Of a DNA stretch of 64,000 bases, positions 27,757 to 40,821 are shown one piece after another (position 1 is the first letter of the stretch; the number at the start of each line of letters is the position of its first letter). Under the pieces are notes generated by a model. That model was not told the origin of the DNA. It did no database searches and was given only the letters and a program-made list of their open reading frames with translations. The stretch covers positions 302,684,001-302,748,000 of the forward strand of contig OZ024742.1 of assembly GCA_964016885.1 (NCBI GenBank), written 5' to 3'. This DNA comes from Eledone cirrhosa. Its lineage: Eukaryota. A program made the position numbers and the translations under genes.

Positions 27757-28472
27757 TCTCTCTCTCTCTCATATTCATATATATATATATATATATATGA
27801 ATATAATTTTAATTGGCCAAAAAATCAAAGATAACACTTCAAATTATTTTATTACTTTAACGTTCGTTTCAATTTTAATGAAATAAAACTACGAAAATAT
27901 AGAAATAAGGATTTGCAAATTAATTAATTAATCTATCAAATCAATAAAATATTTGCAATCACATAACATTAAAATCTCACCAGGAAATCGATATAAGATT
28001 TGGAGAATGCTTGTAAACCCCCCCCCCCCCCCAAAAAAAAAACCAAGCTCTGGTTAATAAATTTTGGGTAATAAAAATGTCTGCATCATTTTTATAAGGT
28101 GTTAACCGACTAGAGCTGTGCAATCCACACTCCAATCAGTTATCGGTGAAGCCATTAGAATAAAGCACTCGACGACATGTACCGGCCAGCTAAATGGAAA
28201 CAGGCTCTATGCCAGCCGTCGTATTGATAAATTTTAGGTGTTGCTTGTCCTTATCACTGAATGCTATCTGATGAACACGGACCGACAGTTGCGTGGCGAT
28301 CACATCACATAATCATCGAACCCAGCAAAACATATAAAATAGCTGATTAAAATTATGCACAACTTCATATCGCCTTCGCTAATATTTACTGTACTGTATA
28401 TCATGTATAAGTATATATATAAATGTATATATATATATATATATGCATCTATATGTATATATATATTATGTG

Positions 28473-28518
<46 letters not shown>

Positions 28519-28522
28519 CACA

Positions 28523-28570
<48 letters not shown>

Positions 28571-28642
28571 ATGTGTGTGTATATACATACATATATCTAT
28601 CCATCTATCTATATATCTTTCTATCTATCTCTCTTCCTCACA

Positions 28643-28693
<51 letters not shown>

Positions 28694-28976
28694 CATATAT
28701 CTATATATATATTCATAAATGTATGTATACGTATATATATGTATGTAGTTATATATAAAATACATCTATATCGATCTATTTATGTATCTATCTATACATA
28801 CATTCAGATACACACATTCACATGCATATGCACACACACGCATACACTTACGCGCACACAATTCCACACACACACATAATACAATGGACGGATAACGACC
28901 TTTAAGAGTTTTCCAATTATTTTCTCGTGAAACAAACGACCCTGCTAAGATATTTTTTCCTTCTCTGTCATCGTGT

Positions 28977-29107
28977 GTCAGAAAGTTCGCCAACGCCCCC
29001 TCACTCTCACCACCGCCGCCGTCAGAAAGTTCGCCAACGCCCCCTCACTCTCACCACCGCCGCCGTCAGAAAGTTCGCCAACGACCCCTCACTCACACCA
29101 CCGCCGC
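28977..29107. repeat. 44-bp GC-rich minisatellite, about 3 copies
   Basis: GTCAGAAAGTTCGCCAACGCCCCCTCACTCTCACCACCGCCGCC at 28977, 29021 and 29065. Confidence 0.9.
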
Positions 29108-29944
29108 CACCACCTACAGAACCATTTGTTTTCTTTACTCTAATAGATGCTAGATGCAGCTCTTATTTCTTACATTTTGTCCCACTCCTTTACCCCCCCC
29201 TCTCTCTCTCTTTCTCTCTCACCCCGTCTTTCTCTGTCTCTCTCTCTCCTTATCTCTCTCTCTTTCTCTCTCTCTCTGTCTATACGTCTCTCAACCATCT
29301 GAACTTGTCTCCCTCTCTTTCTCCTTCATTGTGTCTCTCCCTTTTATATCAAACTACTTCAAACAAAATGCTTTCCCGTTCATATCTTTTTTCAGAACGG
29401 GAACAGTTGAAAATAAATGAGCACACAAAAACAGGCAGACGAACACAAACAATAAAGCCAAAATCTAGCAATAACCTAACAACGAGGATAACATCAACAA
29501 CAACAACAACAACAAGAATACTGTGAAAGGTAACATCAATACAAGAAGAACTATAATGAATTTCTAACAAAGCAAACAGAGCAACTTACCTTAACGCTTT
29601 TGCTCCTTCGCATATACAATCATAGTTCCGTCAATCTCCTCAAGATACATGTTACTTAATATATTACCTATAAAAGTTAAGCAACTAGTAATAAAAATAG
29701 TTCGGCTTTTCATTGCTCTCTCGTTCTCAAATGAACCAGTTGCCTCTCTTTATTCATCTCACTTATACGATAAACTCTCCTTTTCTATGTTTTCCATCTG
29801 CCTTTGCATTCTCTCTTTCCTTATTCTTGGCTCTGCATTCTCTCTTTTCTTATTTTTCGCAGTAGCAATGTTATCGTTTCTGTTTTCTTCTGCCTTTTTT
29901 TACTGCTTTGTTAGTACTTTCTCTTTGTTATTACCCCCATTAAC

Positions 29945-30066
<122 letters not shown>

Positions 30067-30804
30067 TTCACCCACCTTTCGCTCCTTCTCAGTATATATA
30101 CACATCTGAATATCTCATTCTCCATGAATATCTTTCAAATTATGTATAATATTCTTATCATCCACTTTGTTTATAGGCATTCCTCTCTATATTTTGTTAA
30201 TGTTTCTTATAACCTCTGTTCCCCTAGTTCTAAGTCCATCTCTATATTACTCCACTCACACCCTGCTTACTTTTATGTCACTATGTAATTTTCCTACATT
30301 TTATAAAATCACCTTCTGTCGCTTTCTTTCCCCGTCCACATCTTATACATCTCTCTAACTTACAATCCCCTTCCCAATCTTTAGCATGTAATAATTTCTT
30401 TCTAGATGTAATATTTTCAATAAAATCATCTTTCATGTTGAGAATATTTGCATAATTCTTATCTTCTGAATATTCCCATCATGAAATCAGATGCGGCAAA
30501 TATTTTTAATAACCTAAATATAATATTTAATATGAAACAGTTCGTATTCGTTGTACTTTCTAATGCAATTCTTTCACCTCTATTTTCTGAGATAAAAACC
30601 AACATTTGTTGTAAGATCTCCTCTCAGAGGCTTGTTTTATTATTCTTACAATGTTTGCTTCTTTCGTTTGTTTGATTCTAAAGCGGCATGATAACTTAAG
30701 CTTTGTACTACAAAACAACAAACAGATGGCTCAACGACCATCATTATAGATTTCGGTTCATGTAAGGGAGCTTTACACAATTATGGTTATTGCGGGGGCA
30801 CAAC

Positions 30805-31050
30805 ATGACCGAATGTATAAAAACTGAAATATTGTCAACGTGTCGACAATACCCTAAAAAACAAAAAAGCAAAAAAACAAAAAACGAAAAAGCAAAAACA
30901 AAAACAAACAAAAAATTTGAAACTTGCTTTTATTTCTTCGATGAAACAACACATATATGCTTACTATGTGAAAAGACTTTTGGAAATTATATAATGAAGT
31001 ATTTGAAGTTGAAATATTATCTTAGGATGATGTAATCAGATAAGTAAAAC
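30805..31050 (+). pseudogene. hAT (Buster/Charlie-like) transposase N-terminal BED-finger remnant
   Basis: CRQY...ICLLCEKTFGNYIMKYLKLKYYL resembles the CRQY..CLxCxKxFSNxAMKPSxLxxHL start of Buster-type transposases. Confidence 0.55.
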
Positions 31051-31375
31051 CTGGCATATAAGAGATGCAAGATTGCAGGTGCCTCTAACCATATTTCCTC
31101 GTCTCCAAGGGTTCTTTACACGATTTCTCAACTATCATCTTCAGTCATCGACTATTGTTAATGTCCTTTATGTTCGAAAAACTACACTTCAAATTTCTAA
31201 GTTTGTCGATGCTTCTTAAGTCAACCAGTTGTTTACACTTCTAGCTAGTCTCAACATTTCCTAAAATGAAGGAATTGGTGACTGGCGGTTCTTTTGAGTA
31301 GTGGTTAATGGACTCCCTTGGCATCCATAAGGTACGGTCCTGTCCACCTTCCGTATCCAAAGGTATTTTAAATGT

Positions 31376-31560
31376 AATAATTGTTTCTACTTTTAGTACA
31401 AGGCCAGCAATTATTCCAGTGTATTACTGGTACTTTATTTTATCGACCCCGTAAGGATGAAAGGCAAGTTAACCTCAGCGGGATTTGAACTCAGACCATA
31501 AAGAGCCGTAACTCTTTGCTGCAAAGCATGGCGTCCGACCCTCTACCGACACTGCCAATC
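31376..31560 (-). mobile_element. Nin/Deu-domain tRNA-derived SINE
   Basis: Family core plus reverse-complement A/B boxes. Confidence 0.88.
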
Positions 31561-31621
31561 CTGTACTATCTTGTATTTGTGACGTAGTCTAAAGTCTGTC
31601 TTAAGCCATTTAAGACTCGTT

Positions 31622-31845
31622 AGACTGGTGCTTATCTTGGTTTCGTGGCGTGAAGCGACTGAGAGTACAAGACTCCCTATTGGACAGGGCGCCAGTCAAT
31701 CGTAGGGTTAAACCGCCAGCTATTGCTGGTACTCATTTTCAACTGGAGCGATGTGAAATGAAGTGTTTTGCTCAAGAACGAAACACCCCCCCCCCCCCCA
31801 GGAATCGAACACATGACATTTCAATCGTGAGTTCAACACCTTACT
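31622..31845 (-). mobile_element. Second tRNA-derived SINE family
   Basis: Reverse complement of GTTCGATTCC B-box and GTTCTTGAGCAAAACACTTCATTTCAC core, shared with 48623-48780. Confidence 0.7.
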
Positions 31846-32291
31846 CCAATGCTTCTATATCGAGGGTTTATGTCTAGCTGAAAAATTTACCATTATCTCG
31901 AATTTCAACTCTTTAATAAATAGACGTACGGACTTATTTGGTCTCTGCATTCATAAATCTTTTAAGACCTTTCACAAAGTATACAGCTCATGTCCTATTA
32001 CTTATTCTACGAATAACGGTTAACACTTTTTTACACATATATATTTTTACACATATATTTTTACACATATAGCTTTTCACACATTTTTTCTCACATATTT
32101 CATTATATTCTACAATGTATTAATCCCCTTTTCTCTGCATTTTTAAGCCTTTCACCTTCTTTCTCTATTGACGTAAATTTTTTCGTTCAAACCTTCGTAG
32201 ATTTTGTAAACAATCTATGACGTCATATGTCTTTCTACATTTATAAACCTTTCTAGCAATTTCCTTTATTTACTTGTTGATATAAAATAAT

Positions 32292-32377
32292 TGTTTCTAC
32301 TTTTGGCACAAGGCCAGCAATTACCCAGTGCATTACTGGTACTTTATTTTATCGACCCCGTAAGGATGAAAGCAAAG
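32292..32377 (-). mobile_element. 5'-truncated Nin-type SINE with TSD
   Basis: TTGTTGATATAAAATAAT duplicated on both sides. Confidence 0.85.
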
Positions 32378-33041
32378 TTGTTGATATAAAATAATAATCA
32401 AATACTATACCCACATATATAACATTTTTAATAGTAATTTTTAATTTTGACACAGACAGGCTATTCATATTTTTATTTTTTATTCTAGTCTATCTTATTT
32501 TATTTTATTTTTTATTTTATTTTATTTAATTTAAAAAAAAACCTTTTTTTATAATTATTATAATTATTTTTAATTTAATTTTTATTTTATTTTATTTTAT
32601 TTTATTTTATTTTATTTTATTTTATTTTTATTTTATTAATACATTTTTACACTTCTTAATCCAATTTTTAGTATTCAAACTCAATATTAAATAATATACC
32701 CAGTTTCTTTATTCTAGACATCTAATATTTGTATATTAGCACATTCACCTCATCAATTTATTTATTTATTTATTTTTATTATAATATTTTTTTACCCGTT
32801 ATTCACAGCTGTTTTTTCATTTTTGACAGCGTTCCCGAGCAAAAGTATCTCTCTTCCTCTTTCTCTTTCTCTCTCCTTCTTTCTTTCTTTTTCCTCTCTT
32901 CTATTTCTTTTTTCCTTTTCCCTTCATCTTTCCTTTTCTTCATTTTTCCTATTTTTTTCTCTTCTCTTATATTTTTGTCATATGTTGACTGGACACTTTT
33001 TTGTTCACAAGTGTTTTTAGGCCTTATATCCTTTTACCTAA

Positions 33042-33107
33042 TTTTATCTGATGAGAACACAATTTTTGTCCCAGGATGATGTTGTTTTCGAAATGCGCAT
33101 AATAAAA
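33042..33107 (+). ncRNA. Minimal type I hammerhead ribozyme
   Basis: UUUUAU-CUGAUGA-GAACACAA..UUGUUUUC-GAAA-UGCGCA-UA-AUAAAA, followed by (TA)n; homolog at 38151-38217. Confidence 0.8.
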
Positions 33108-33142
33108 TATATGGAACTTTTTTAACTATCTTTTAATTTCTT

Positions 33143-33183
<41 letters not shown>

Positions 33184-33516
33184 CGATGCACATTTATACA
33201 TTCACCCGTTCCCACGTAACAACGTTTTAAATAGCTCAAATTTTACAATCCTTGAAACTATTGAATTAAGATAAATAAAAAGTCTGTTCATATTGGAAGC
33301 TCAGTGGTCGACCTAAACTTGATTTTTTCTTCGGATGTGAATACTATGATAATATTTTAATCATTATTATATCAGCATCATTAGTTAAACTATCTCTATC
33401 TCTGAGGGATCTCACCTTAGCTATATATCTATGTACTATTTAATAATAGTGTTAGTTAATTTATTTAATCTTACAGTGAATATAATTCATTTATAAATTA
33501 CTATATCTCTAATAAT

Positions 33517-33704
33517 TGTTTCTACTTTTGGCACAAGGCCAGCAATTATCCCAGTGTATTACTGGTACTTTATTTTATCGACCCCGTAAGGATGAAAGGC
33601 AAAGTTAACATTGGCGTGATTTGAACTCAGACCACAAAGGGCCGTAACTCTTTGCTGCAAAGCATGGCGTCCGACCCTCTACCTATACTGCCAATCCACC
33701 ACCC
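33517..33704 (-). mobile_element. Nin-type SINE with 18-bp TSD
   Basis: TACTATATCTCTAATAAT at 33499-33516 and 33705-33722. Confidence 0.92.
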
Positions 33705-34152
33705 TACTATATCTCTAATAATGGATGAGTCTTTGATGTGTGTGACCTCTATCAGAGATAATTTACTTTTAATCATCAACACTATCATTATCAATTCTTT
33801 GATAAATATACGTATCGCTTTTGCTATGTTAATATTATGATTATTGCCTATTTTTATCAATATATTTCATATTAGTATTATTGTCGTATTTTCCGTGGAA
33901 GCTGGTAACTAGGTTATTTATGTAATAATTTGTTTTATTTCCTCTCGTCAGGGAATGAAGAGTAATCCCTCATGGTCCACCTTTATTGGAAGCACGTTGA
34001 CACAGGGCTACAAAATATGTCCAACATCTGACATTAAAGAAGATTTATACTCACAGAGTTGTGTAATACCCGTATTTATACTACCGAGATTAAAGAACGA
34101 TATAAAGTATAGAATTACTATGACACTAATTCATGCTTCTATGGAGATGGCA

Positions 34153-34330
34153 ATAATTGTTTCTACATTTGGTACAAGGCCAGCAATTTAGGGGGAGAGG
34201 AAAAGTCGATCAAATCGATCCAAGTGCGTGACTGGTACTTTATTTTAACGACCCCGTAAGGATGAAAAGCAAAGCTAACTTCGGCGGGATTTGAACTCAG
34301 AACGTAAAGGACTCTATGCTGCAAAGCATT
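34153..34330 (-). mobile_element. Nin-type SINE, 5'-truncated
   Basis: Family core present. Confidence 0.85.
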
Positions 34331-35349
34331 CATTCAATATCTATGGTAATACTAATGAAGTATTCTAATATCTATCATGTGTAATGTTACTGAGAGATAC
34401 ATTTGGAATATCTGGTCGCTGGGATGTTTTCATTTGTTGTATATTTCAAAATATCAGGGTGATCTATTTTAACTATTTAAAATATTTGAATTTCTCTCGA
34501 AACATCTAAACGAGCGAATAAATAAAGGGTATGACATTTGTATTTTTATGTTTGGTAAAGATATAGGCTCATAATGCCTGTAGTATATTCGAATATCTAT
34601 GATTTAAATGCTATAATATAGCAAATACAGGGACTTCTCGTCGGTGGGAATTTTGATTAGCAGGGCTTAGTCCACTCAATGGGCCAACACCATAGAACAT
34701 GTGATATATAAAACCTTTTTATGTGAAATAATTCTCTGATTACACAACTTAAAGCAATGACAAAGGTGTATTTTACTTAAAGAACATATTGGTAACGTCG
34801 AACTTCCGTACGTAAGGTGATCAGCGAAAAATGTTTAATCAATTAAAACTGTAACTGCTAAGAAAAAAAATAATTAGGCGTAATTATAATTATTATCAAA
34901 AGCGGAAAGGGAGATAACTACCAAGATGTTAATTGATAAAAAGTTGACTGGAAAAAATTTGCGAGGGTAAAACTGATCTTATCTTTCGCTATCAACAATT
35001 AAAGATAAGTTTCAGATTAATGAAAGAAGAAACCATATATTGTTCAGTTAAGTATCGTATCACTTAAGTTGACCCCTTAATCTTATCTCATTAGATTTAA
35101 TACTACTTTGAACTAGAGATTATAGTGGTGATTTTTGTGTTGGGCTAGCGTTGATACACTGATCTTTCTATTCAACGATAAAGCCGGATGCATGTTTCAA
35201 TGCGCAATCAAGAGTCACCATGTTGGAACACGTTAACAGCACTAATGCTATTGCTCCAGTTTTTTCTACTAGTTCTCAATGAACCGACGAAGAAGCAACA
35301 TTAAATTCGAGAGGACTGCATCGAATGTAAGCGGATATAAACGGAGCAG

Positions 35350-36020
35350 ATATCTCAGTTGCAAGAAGCTAATCAGTGTTTCAACCATGAACTGTATTGT
35401 TGGACGGAAAGACCGAAGAACTCATAAGAAAATTTTAAAACTACCAGTGTGATATCCTGGAAGTCGTAGGCCACCATCGTGTGGAAACAGAAGAGAAGAT
35501 ACTGATGAATATCCTGGACAATTCCATCTTAATCACCACTAGTAAATGGAGACATGATTGTAATGTAGGTGAAAGAGGTGTTGGGATATTATTTACGAAC
35601 AAATTATGAAAGCTAATTGCTGATATAAACCACAGGAATCCGGCAACATCATTATGTCCCAGTCAACGGCAATGGTGAAGCTGTCAATGCTGTCGTCCAC
35701 TGCATCACCTAACACAATACGATAGTAAGTCTTTGGGACTACAACGCTGATATTGGAAAGGATATTGAAAAACACAATCATGAAATCATCAATAAAAAAT
35801 TAAAATCTACTTGAGCATGCACATGAATGTAACATACTCATCCTTAATGCCTCATATGAGAAGAAACGAGGAAAGCTCTGGACGTATCCATCGGATATGA
35901 ATAGAAGTAAATCTCAGATTGACTACATCCTAACCAATAGGAAGTAGAGGAAAATCTGTCAAAGATGTGGATACATTTAACTGCTTTAGAAGTATTCGAT
36001 CTGACCATCAAATACTACAA
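35350..36020 (+). pseudogene. Decayed APE endonuclease of an RTE/L2-like LINE
   Basis: Residual motifs GVG.L, DYNA, SQIDYIL, SDH. Confidence 0.5.
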
Positions 36021-36029
36021 ATACTACGA

Positions 36030-36125
36030 TTAAATCGACGCCAGTGCTTTATTGGTACCTTACTATACGGACCCCGTAAAGATGAAAGGCAAAGCAAAAC
36101 TTCGACGGAATTTGAACTCAGAATG
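36030..36125 (-). mobile_element. Degenerate Nin-type SINE fragment
   Basis: GGTACCTTACTATACGGACCCCGTAAAGATGAAAGGCAAAG. Confidence 0.6.
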
Positions 36126-36379
36126 TCAACAACCCACTATAATAATTACGAACACAATGAGAAAGAGACCTTATACAACTAGAAAACTATTATGAAATAA
36201 CTGCTGTAGGACTACAAAACTATCTAATGCAGAACAAAGGAAAGTTAATACAAAGCCAACAAATTCCAAACAGAAGTTGGATAGACAGATAATTGAGAGG
36301 AAAATGAAAATGAATAACAAACAACAGAAATTATGAAAAACATAAAATCTAAATTGAAAAAAGATCTCCTGACTACTAT

Positions 36380-37030
36380 GGTAAGGTGATGGAAGTAAAA
36401 ACCCTTACATGACCAATACTCAATAAAGCCGAATAGAGAGTATGTTGAGAAGCAAGACTCACAAAACTGGCTACGAAGCACTAGACTAATAGCCAGGACT
36501 GAGGATTTCTTATTGCAGTATAAGTTCAAAGCCTCCTTGCCAGAAACAGATAGAATTACGTAATGAAGCAGATCACAATAAGTAACTTCAGAATATATGG
36601 AGATGGGGAAGAAACAATTAACTACATTATCTCCTGCTGCCAAGTCTTACTCCAAAAGGAATATATTGACAGACATGGCAGACATGTAACAGTGGCAGTT
36701 ATGCCAAAACTACGAAATACCAGCAGAAAAAAGCTGGTACTTACACATCCACAGAAAGGTATAAGAGAATGAAACTGGGATATGCCAATACACAGGGGAC
36801 AAAGAGATCAAAGACAACCGACCGGATTTTATCATCAAACACCACAAAGAAAAAATGTTTTCTAATTGATATATCAAACTCCATAGGTGATACTATATTT
36901 ATCAAGGAAATGGAGAAACTATCCAAATATAAAGCTCTAGAGATAGAAATAACCGGAATGTGGACGTTGAAGACAGAAACAACCCCTATAATAATAACAC
37001 TGAACACATATTACGAAAAGTACTCTCGAT
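36380..37030 (+). pseudogene. 3' fragment of a different R4/Dong-type LINE
   Basis: EETINYIISCCQVL.QKEYIDRH; NRPDF; FLIDIS...[18 protein letters not shown]. Confidence 0.75.
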
Positions 37031-37131
37031 AAAACAGAAACAACATTACCCCCAAAACTGTTGCCTTTTGTTTACTTTTCGCATATATATATATATATAT
37101 ATATACACATATGTGTGTATATATATATATG

Positions 37132-37257
<126 letters not shown>

Positions 37258-37272
37258 TATACACATATATAT

Positions 37273-38079
37273 ATATGAATAAAGTTAGTCCTTCATCAGT
37301 GATCTTCCAACCATCATTGGTATTTCATCGCTTTAAAGACCATATATCTCCGGTTGGTGCGAGCAACGGCTAAAAAAAGTCGTTGGGACACGTAATTAAA
37401 GGGGACACGAGTGTAAACAAACAAAATGGTGAAGCAACAGAAAGTGAGGAAGAAGGAGTCAAGTCCCGAATTTCTATGAATTTAAATTCGGTGAAATCGT
37501 GAACGAGAGAGAATAAAGACCATCAAACCTGGTTGGAATGTAAGCAAGGAAGGAATTCCGTACAGGTCCAACGGGAGGAAGAAGGGATCTAGTCTGTGAT
37601 TTCGGTGAACGTAAGTTCTGTGAAATCGTAGACGAGAGAGAGAGAAAAAAAGCGACCTGCAAGACCAAGGGTGCGAAAGAAAAGAATTACGCACAGGTCA
37701 AACGGGAAGAAGGAGGAGGAGGAGAGGTAGTAACAGAGAATGAGTGAGTGAAGGGTGAGGAAGAGGCTAACAGAGAGAGTGGCTGCTAGAGAGGGTAAAG
37801 ATACAGAGAAAGAGGAAGCAGTAAGAACGAAATAGACGTGTAACAGCGGAGAAAAAATATGTGTAAATATGAGAAAAACATACTGCGGGTTGCTAATGGG
37901 TTACATATGAATAAAGTTAGTCCTTCATCAGTGATCTTCCAACCATCATTGGTATTTCATCGTTTTAAAGACCATATACCTCCGGTTGGTGCGAGCAACG
38001 GCTAAAAAAAGTCGTTAGGACACGTAATTAAAGGGGACACGAGTGTAAACAAACAAAATGGTGAAGCAACAGAAAGTGA
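37273..38079. repeat. 175-bp direct repeats flanking a purine-rich spacer
   Basis: 37273-37447 and 37905-38079 differ at about 3 positions; (TA)n on both sides. Confidence 0.9.
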
Positions 38080-38150
38080 ATACATTATATATATATATAA
38101 GTGTTATATATATATATAAGTGTTTTTAACCTTCATATCATGTCCTCCTA

Positions 38151-38217
38151 TTTTATCTGATGAAAACACAAATGTTATTGCATGATGATATTTGTTTTTG
38201 AAATGCGCATAATAAAA
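38151..38217 (+). ncRNA. Minimal type I hammerhead ribozyme
   Basis: UUUUAU-CUGAUGA-AAACACAAAUGU..AUAUUUGUUUUU-GAAA-UGCGCA-UA-AUAAAA. Confidence 0.75.
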
Positions 38218-38375
38218 TACATAGAACTCATTTAACCATCTTTTGATCTTATATATTATATATATATATATATTTGAAAAAAAAGGAAAAGAATGACTTC
38301 ACTTGTAGTGTTAAATGATTTGATTTAATTTTATAATATTATAATATTATGAGTTGGTAGATCTGTGTGTTTATA

Positions 38376-38441
38376 TATATATAACAGACAGATACATAGC
38401 CACACCGTATCATTTGCTTTGTTGTTTTCTGTTTACTTTTC

Positions 38442-38498
<57 letters not shown>

Positions 38499-38529
38499 CA
38501 GACATAATAATAATTTCGCATATATAAAT

Positions 38530-38562
<33 letters not shown>

Positions 38563-38859
38563 AATATATATATATATATTTTTTTCTTTGCTTGTGCTTT
38601 TCACTTATACCTCTTACACTTTCAACCAGTACTGCCTGTAATTGTGTTCTCTCAAGCAGAACATGTTTTTAACTCCTGACTCTCCACATGATACCTATGA
38701 CACTAACAACAATTATGTACCCTAAATGTTCTAAATGACTAGTATTTTAGTAACATGTTTCGACATTCCTTATGCTCCGATGAATCCAGACTTCCCTCTG
38801 GAAGAAACAATTGTCAGCAAATAAATGTTCAAAACTAAAATTTGATCGTTTTAACACTT

Positions 38860-38934
<75 letters not shown>

Positions 38935-39056
38935 GAAAAGTAAACAGAAAACAACAAAGCAAACGATACAGTGTGGCTATGTATCTCTTTGTTATATATA
39001 CACAGACATATACACATGCATACAGGACTGGTTTCATCACTATTTTCGTCTTCTTC
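38376..39056. repeat. Inverted pair of an about 70-bp (TA)n-tailed repeat (38376-38445 and 38931-39000)
   Basis: GATACATAGCCACAC..TTGCTTTGTTGTTTTCTGTTTACTTTTCG in opposite orientations; degenerate hammerhead at about 39020-39056 minus; third fragment near 37060-37082. Confidence 0.75.
38773..38819 (+). ncRNA. Minimal hammerhead motif, core variant CCGAUGA
   Basis: UGCU-CCGAUGA-A-UCCAGA/CUUCCC/UCUGGA-A-GAAA-CAAUUG-UC-AGCA, followed by (TA)n. Confidence 0.7.
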
Positions 39057-40606
39057 CCATAAGAGATCAGTGTATTTAAAGCTATGGTAGATAACTGCTT
39101 ATATTGCCGTACAGTGGGATTGAGAAACTTTAACTCATGCAGTAATGATTGTTAATATAACACAAAAAGACGTCTTGCGGATTATAGAAACTGAAATAGT
39201 CCAGGTGTTCACATATCTCGTTAATTTGGGTTTTAAACACATCACAATCTTCGCAGCAGAAATAAGTATGTTTGCACACACAAGAAATAGATTAAAACCT
39301 TTACGTTCACCTCTTTAGCAAATGTAATGAATTGTATTTTGCATTATAATTTGAAATGCAGTATTGAAGAGAAAGTGTGTCCATCGAGGTTCATTTTGAG
39401 TCACGGAATTGCAATGATAATGCTCTGCTTTAGAAAATTGCTGCCTTACAAAACGTTCTCAAAAGGCTTCGGTAAGTATTAAATTAAATTGCATAGATTC
39501 TGCGTTAAGCACCTCGCACAGGCACTTGTACAGGAAAATAGAAATTACCAATGAAGTATGTAGATTCTGCTATACATTAAATGAATGGAGCTATTTTATA
39601 GGCGCTGATGGATTTCATCGTAGCAGATCAAACAACGCTTGGCATTATTTTTACATATTTCTCAAACTGTCACTTATGAAACATTTTCCACTTTTCCACC
39701 GTATGTTCACCATGACGATTGTAGTCTCTACTAAATAACTCTAGCTATCTTCAAGTATTTCTTCAATTCAAAATGCTCCTGATGCTTCCTCAAAATGTGA
39801 GCTACGTTCCTGAAGTTTAATTTCAAAGCAGTCCTACGAGACCAATACTGTTAGAGAAATGTGTAAAAACTAATAAAATATATCTTTATATTATATCTCA
39901 CAAAATGTTCAAACATTTGATACAAATTCGTCGCAAACGCATATCGATTACATAACACGGTATTGTTGTCATTACCTAAAATCATTAGATACTATGTACA
40001 AGTAGCATTCTCACACTCAAATTACAATACCATAAATGTTAAATCTTACATATTTTCTCATGAGATATATGTTGAGCTTTCGGAAATACCATTTTTTTAA
40101 AGCGATTTTTTTAATGAATTATTATTCAGAGGAGAGAAAAAGTGCCCATGTTTCTTCGGTCTTGTTGACGTTGATGCTGTTGTTTTTATCACTGCTGTCG
40201 TTGTTACATTCATATTGTCACTGATGTTTTTGTTGTTCATGGTGTTTATATTATTTATATCAATGTTTTTGATGTTGTTGTTGTCGTCGCTGTTTCTAGC
40301 ATCGTTGCCGTGTGCTTCTCGAGTGTTGATGTCGACGGGACTGTCAGCACGTGCGTTTTTTAAGGAAAGGCAGTGAAAGAAAGGAAGAAGATTTTGACGC
40401 CATGGTGTATTTTGTTGTTTAACTTTGCTAAAACAGATGATTTCTACCTTAAAAGTTAGAAATTAATAAGCTCGGCCGACGCCCAAAAGGGGGTCGGTTT
40501 CTTGAGTCATAAAATCAAAGTTGAGTCATCTTTAGAGCTCCCAAATGGGTTTTAACTTTGGAGCGAAGTTAAAACACGTACTGTCATTTTGAAATCCATA
40601 ATAATA

Positions 40607-40821
40607 GTTACTTATATAGGCACAAGGCCGTCAATTTTTGGGGAGGGAAAAGCCGATTAAATCGACCCCAGCGCGTGACTGATACTTTATTTTATCGACC
40701 CCGTAAGGATGAAAGGCAAAGTTAACCTCGGCGGGATTTGAACTCAGATCATAAACGGCCGTAATTCTATGCGGCAAAGCATGGTGTCCGACCCTCTACC
40801 GATACTGCCAATCCACCGCCC
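40607..40821 (-). mobile_element. Full-length Nin-type SINE with 20-bp TSD
   Basis: TTTTGAAATCCATAATAATA at 40587-40606 and 40823-40842. Confidence 0.93.

Noticed and set aside
29587-29655. Minus-strand exon with donor site (MYLEEIDG..)
   Set aside because: Stop codon immediately before the donor; no other support.
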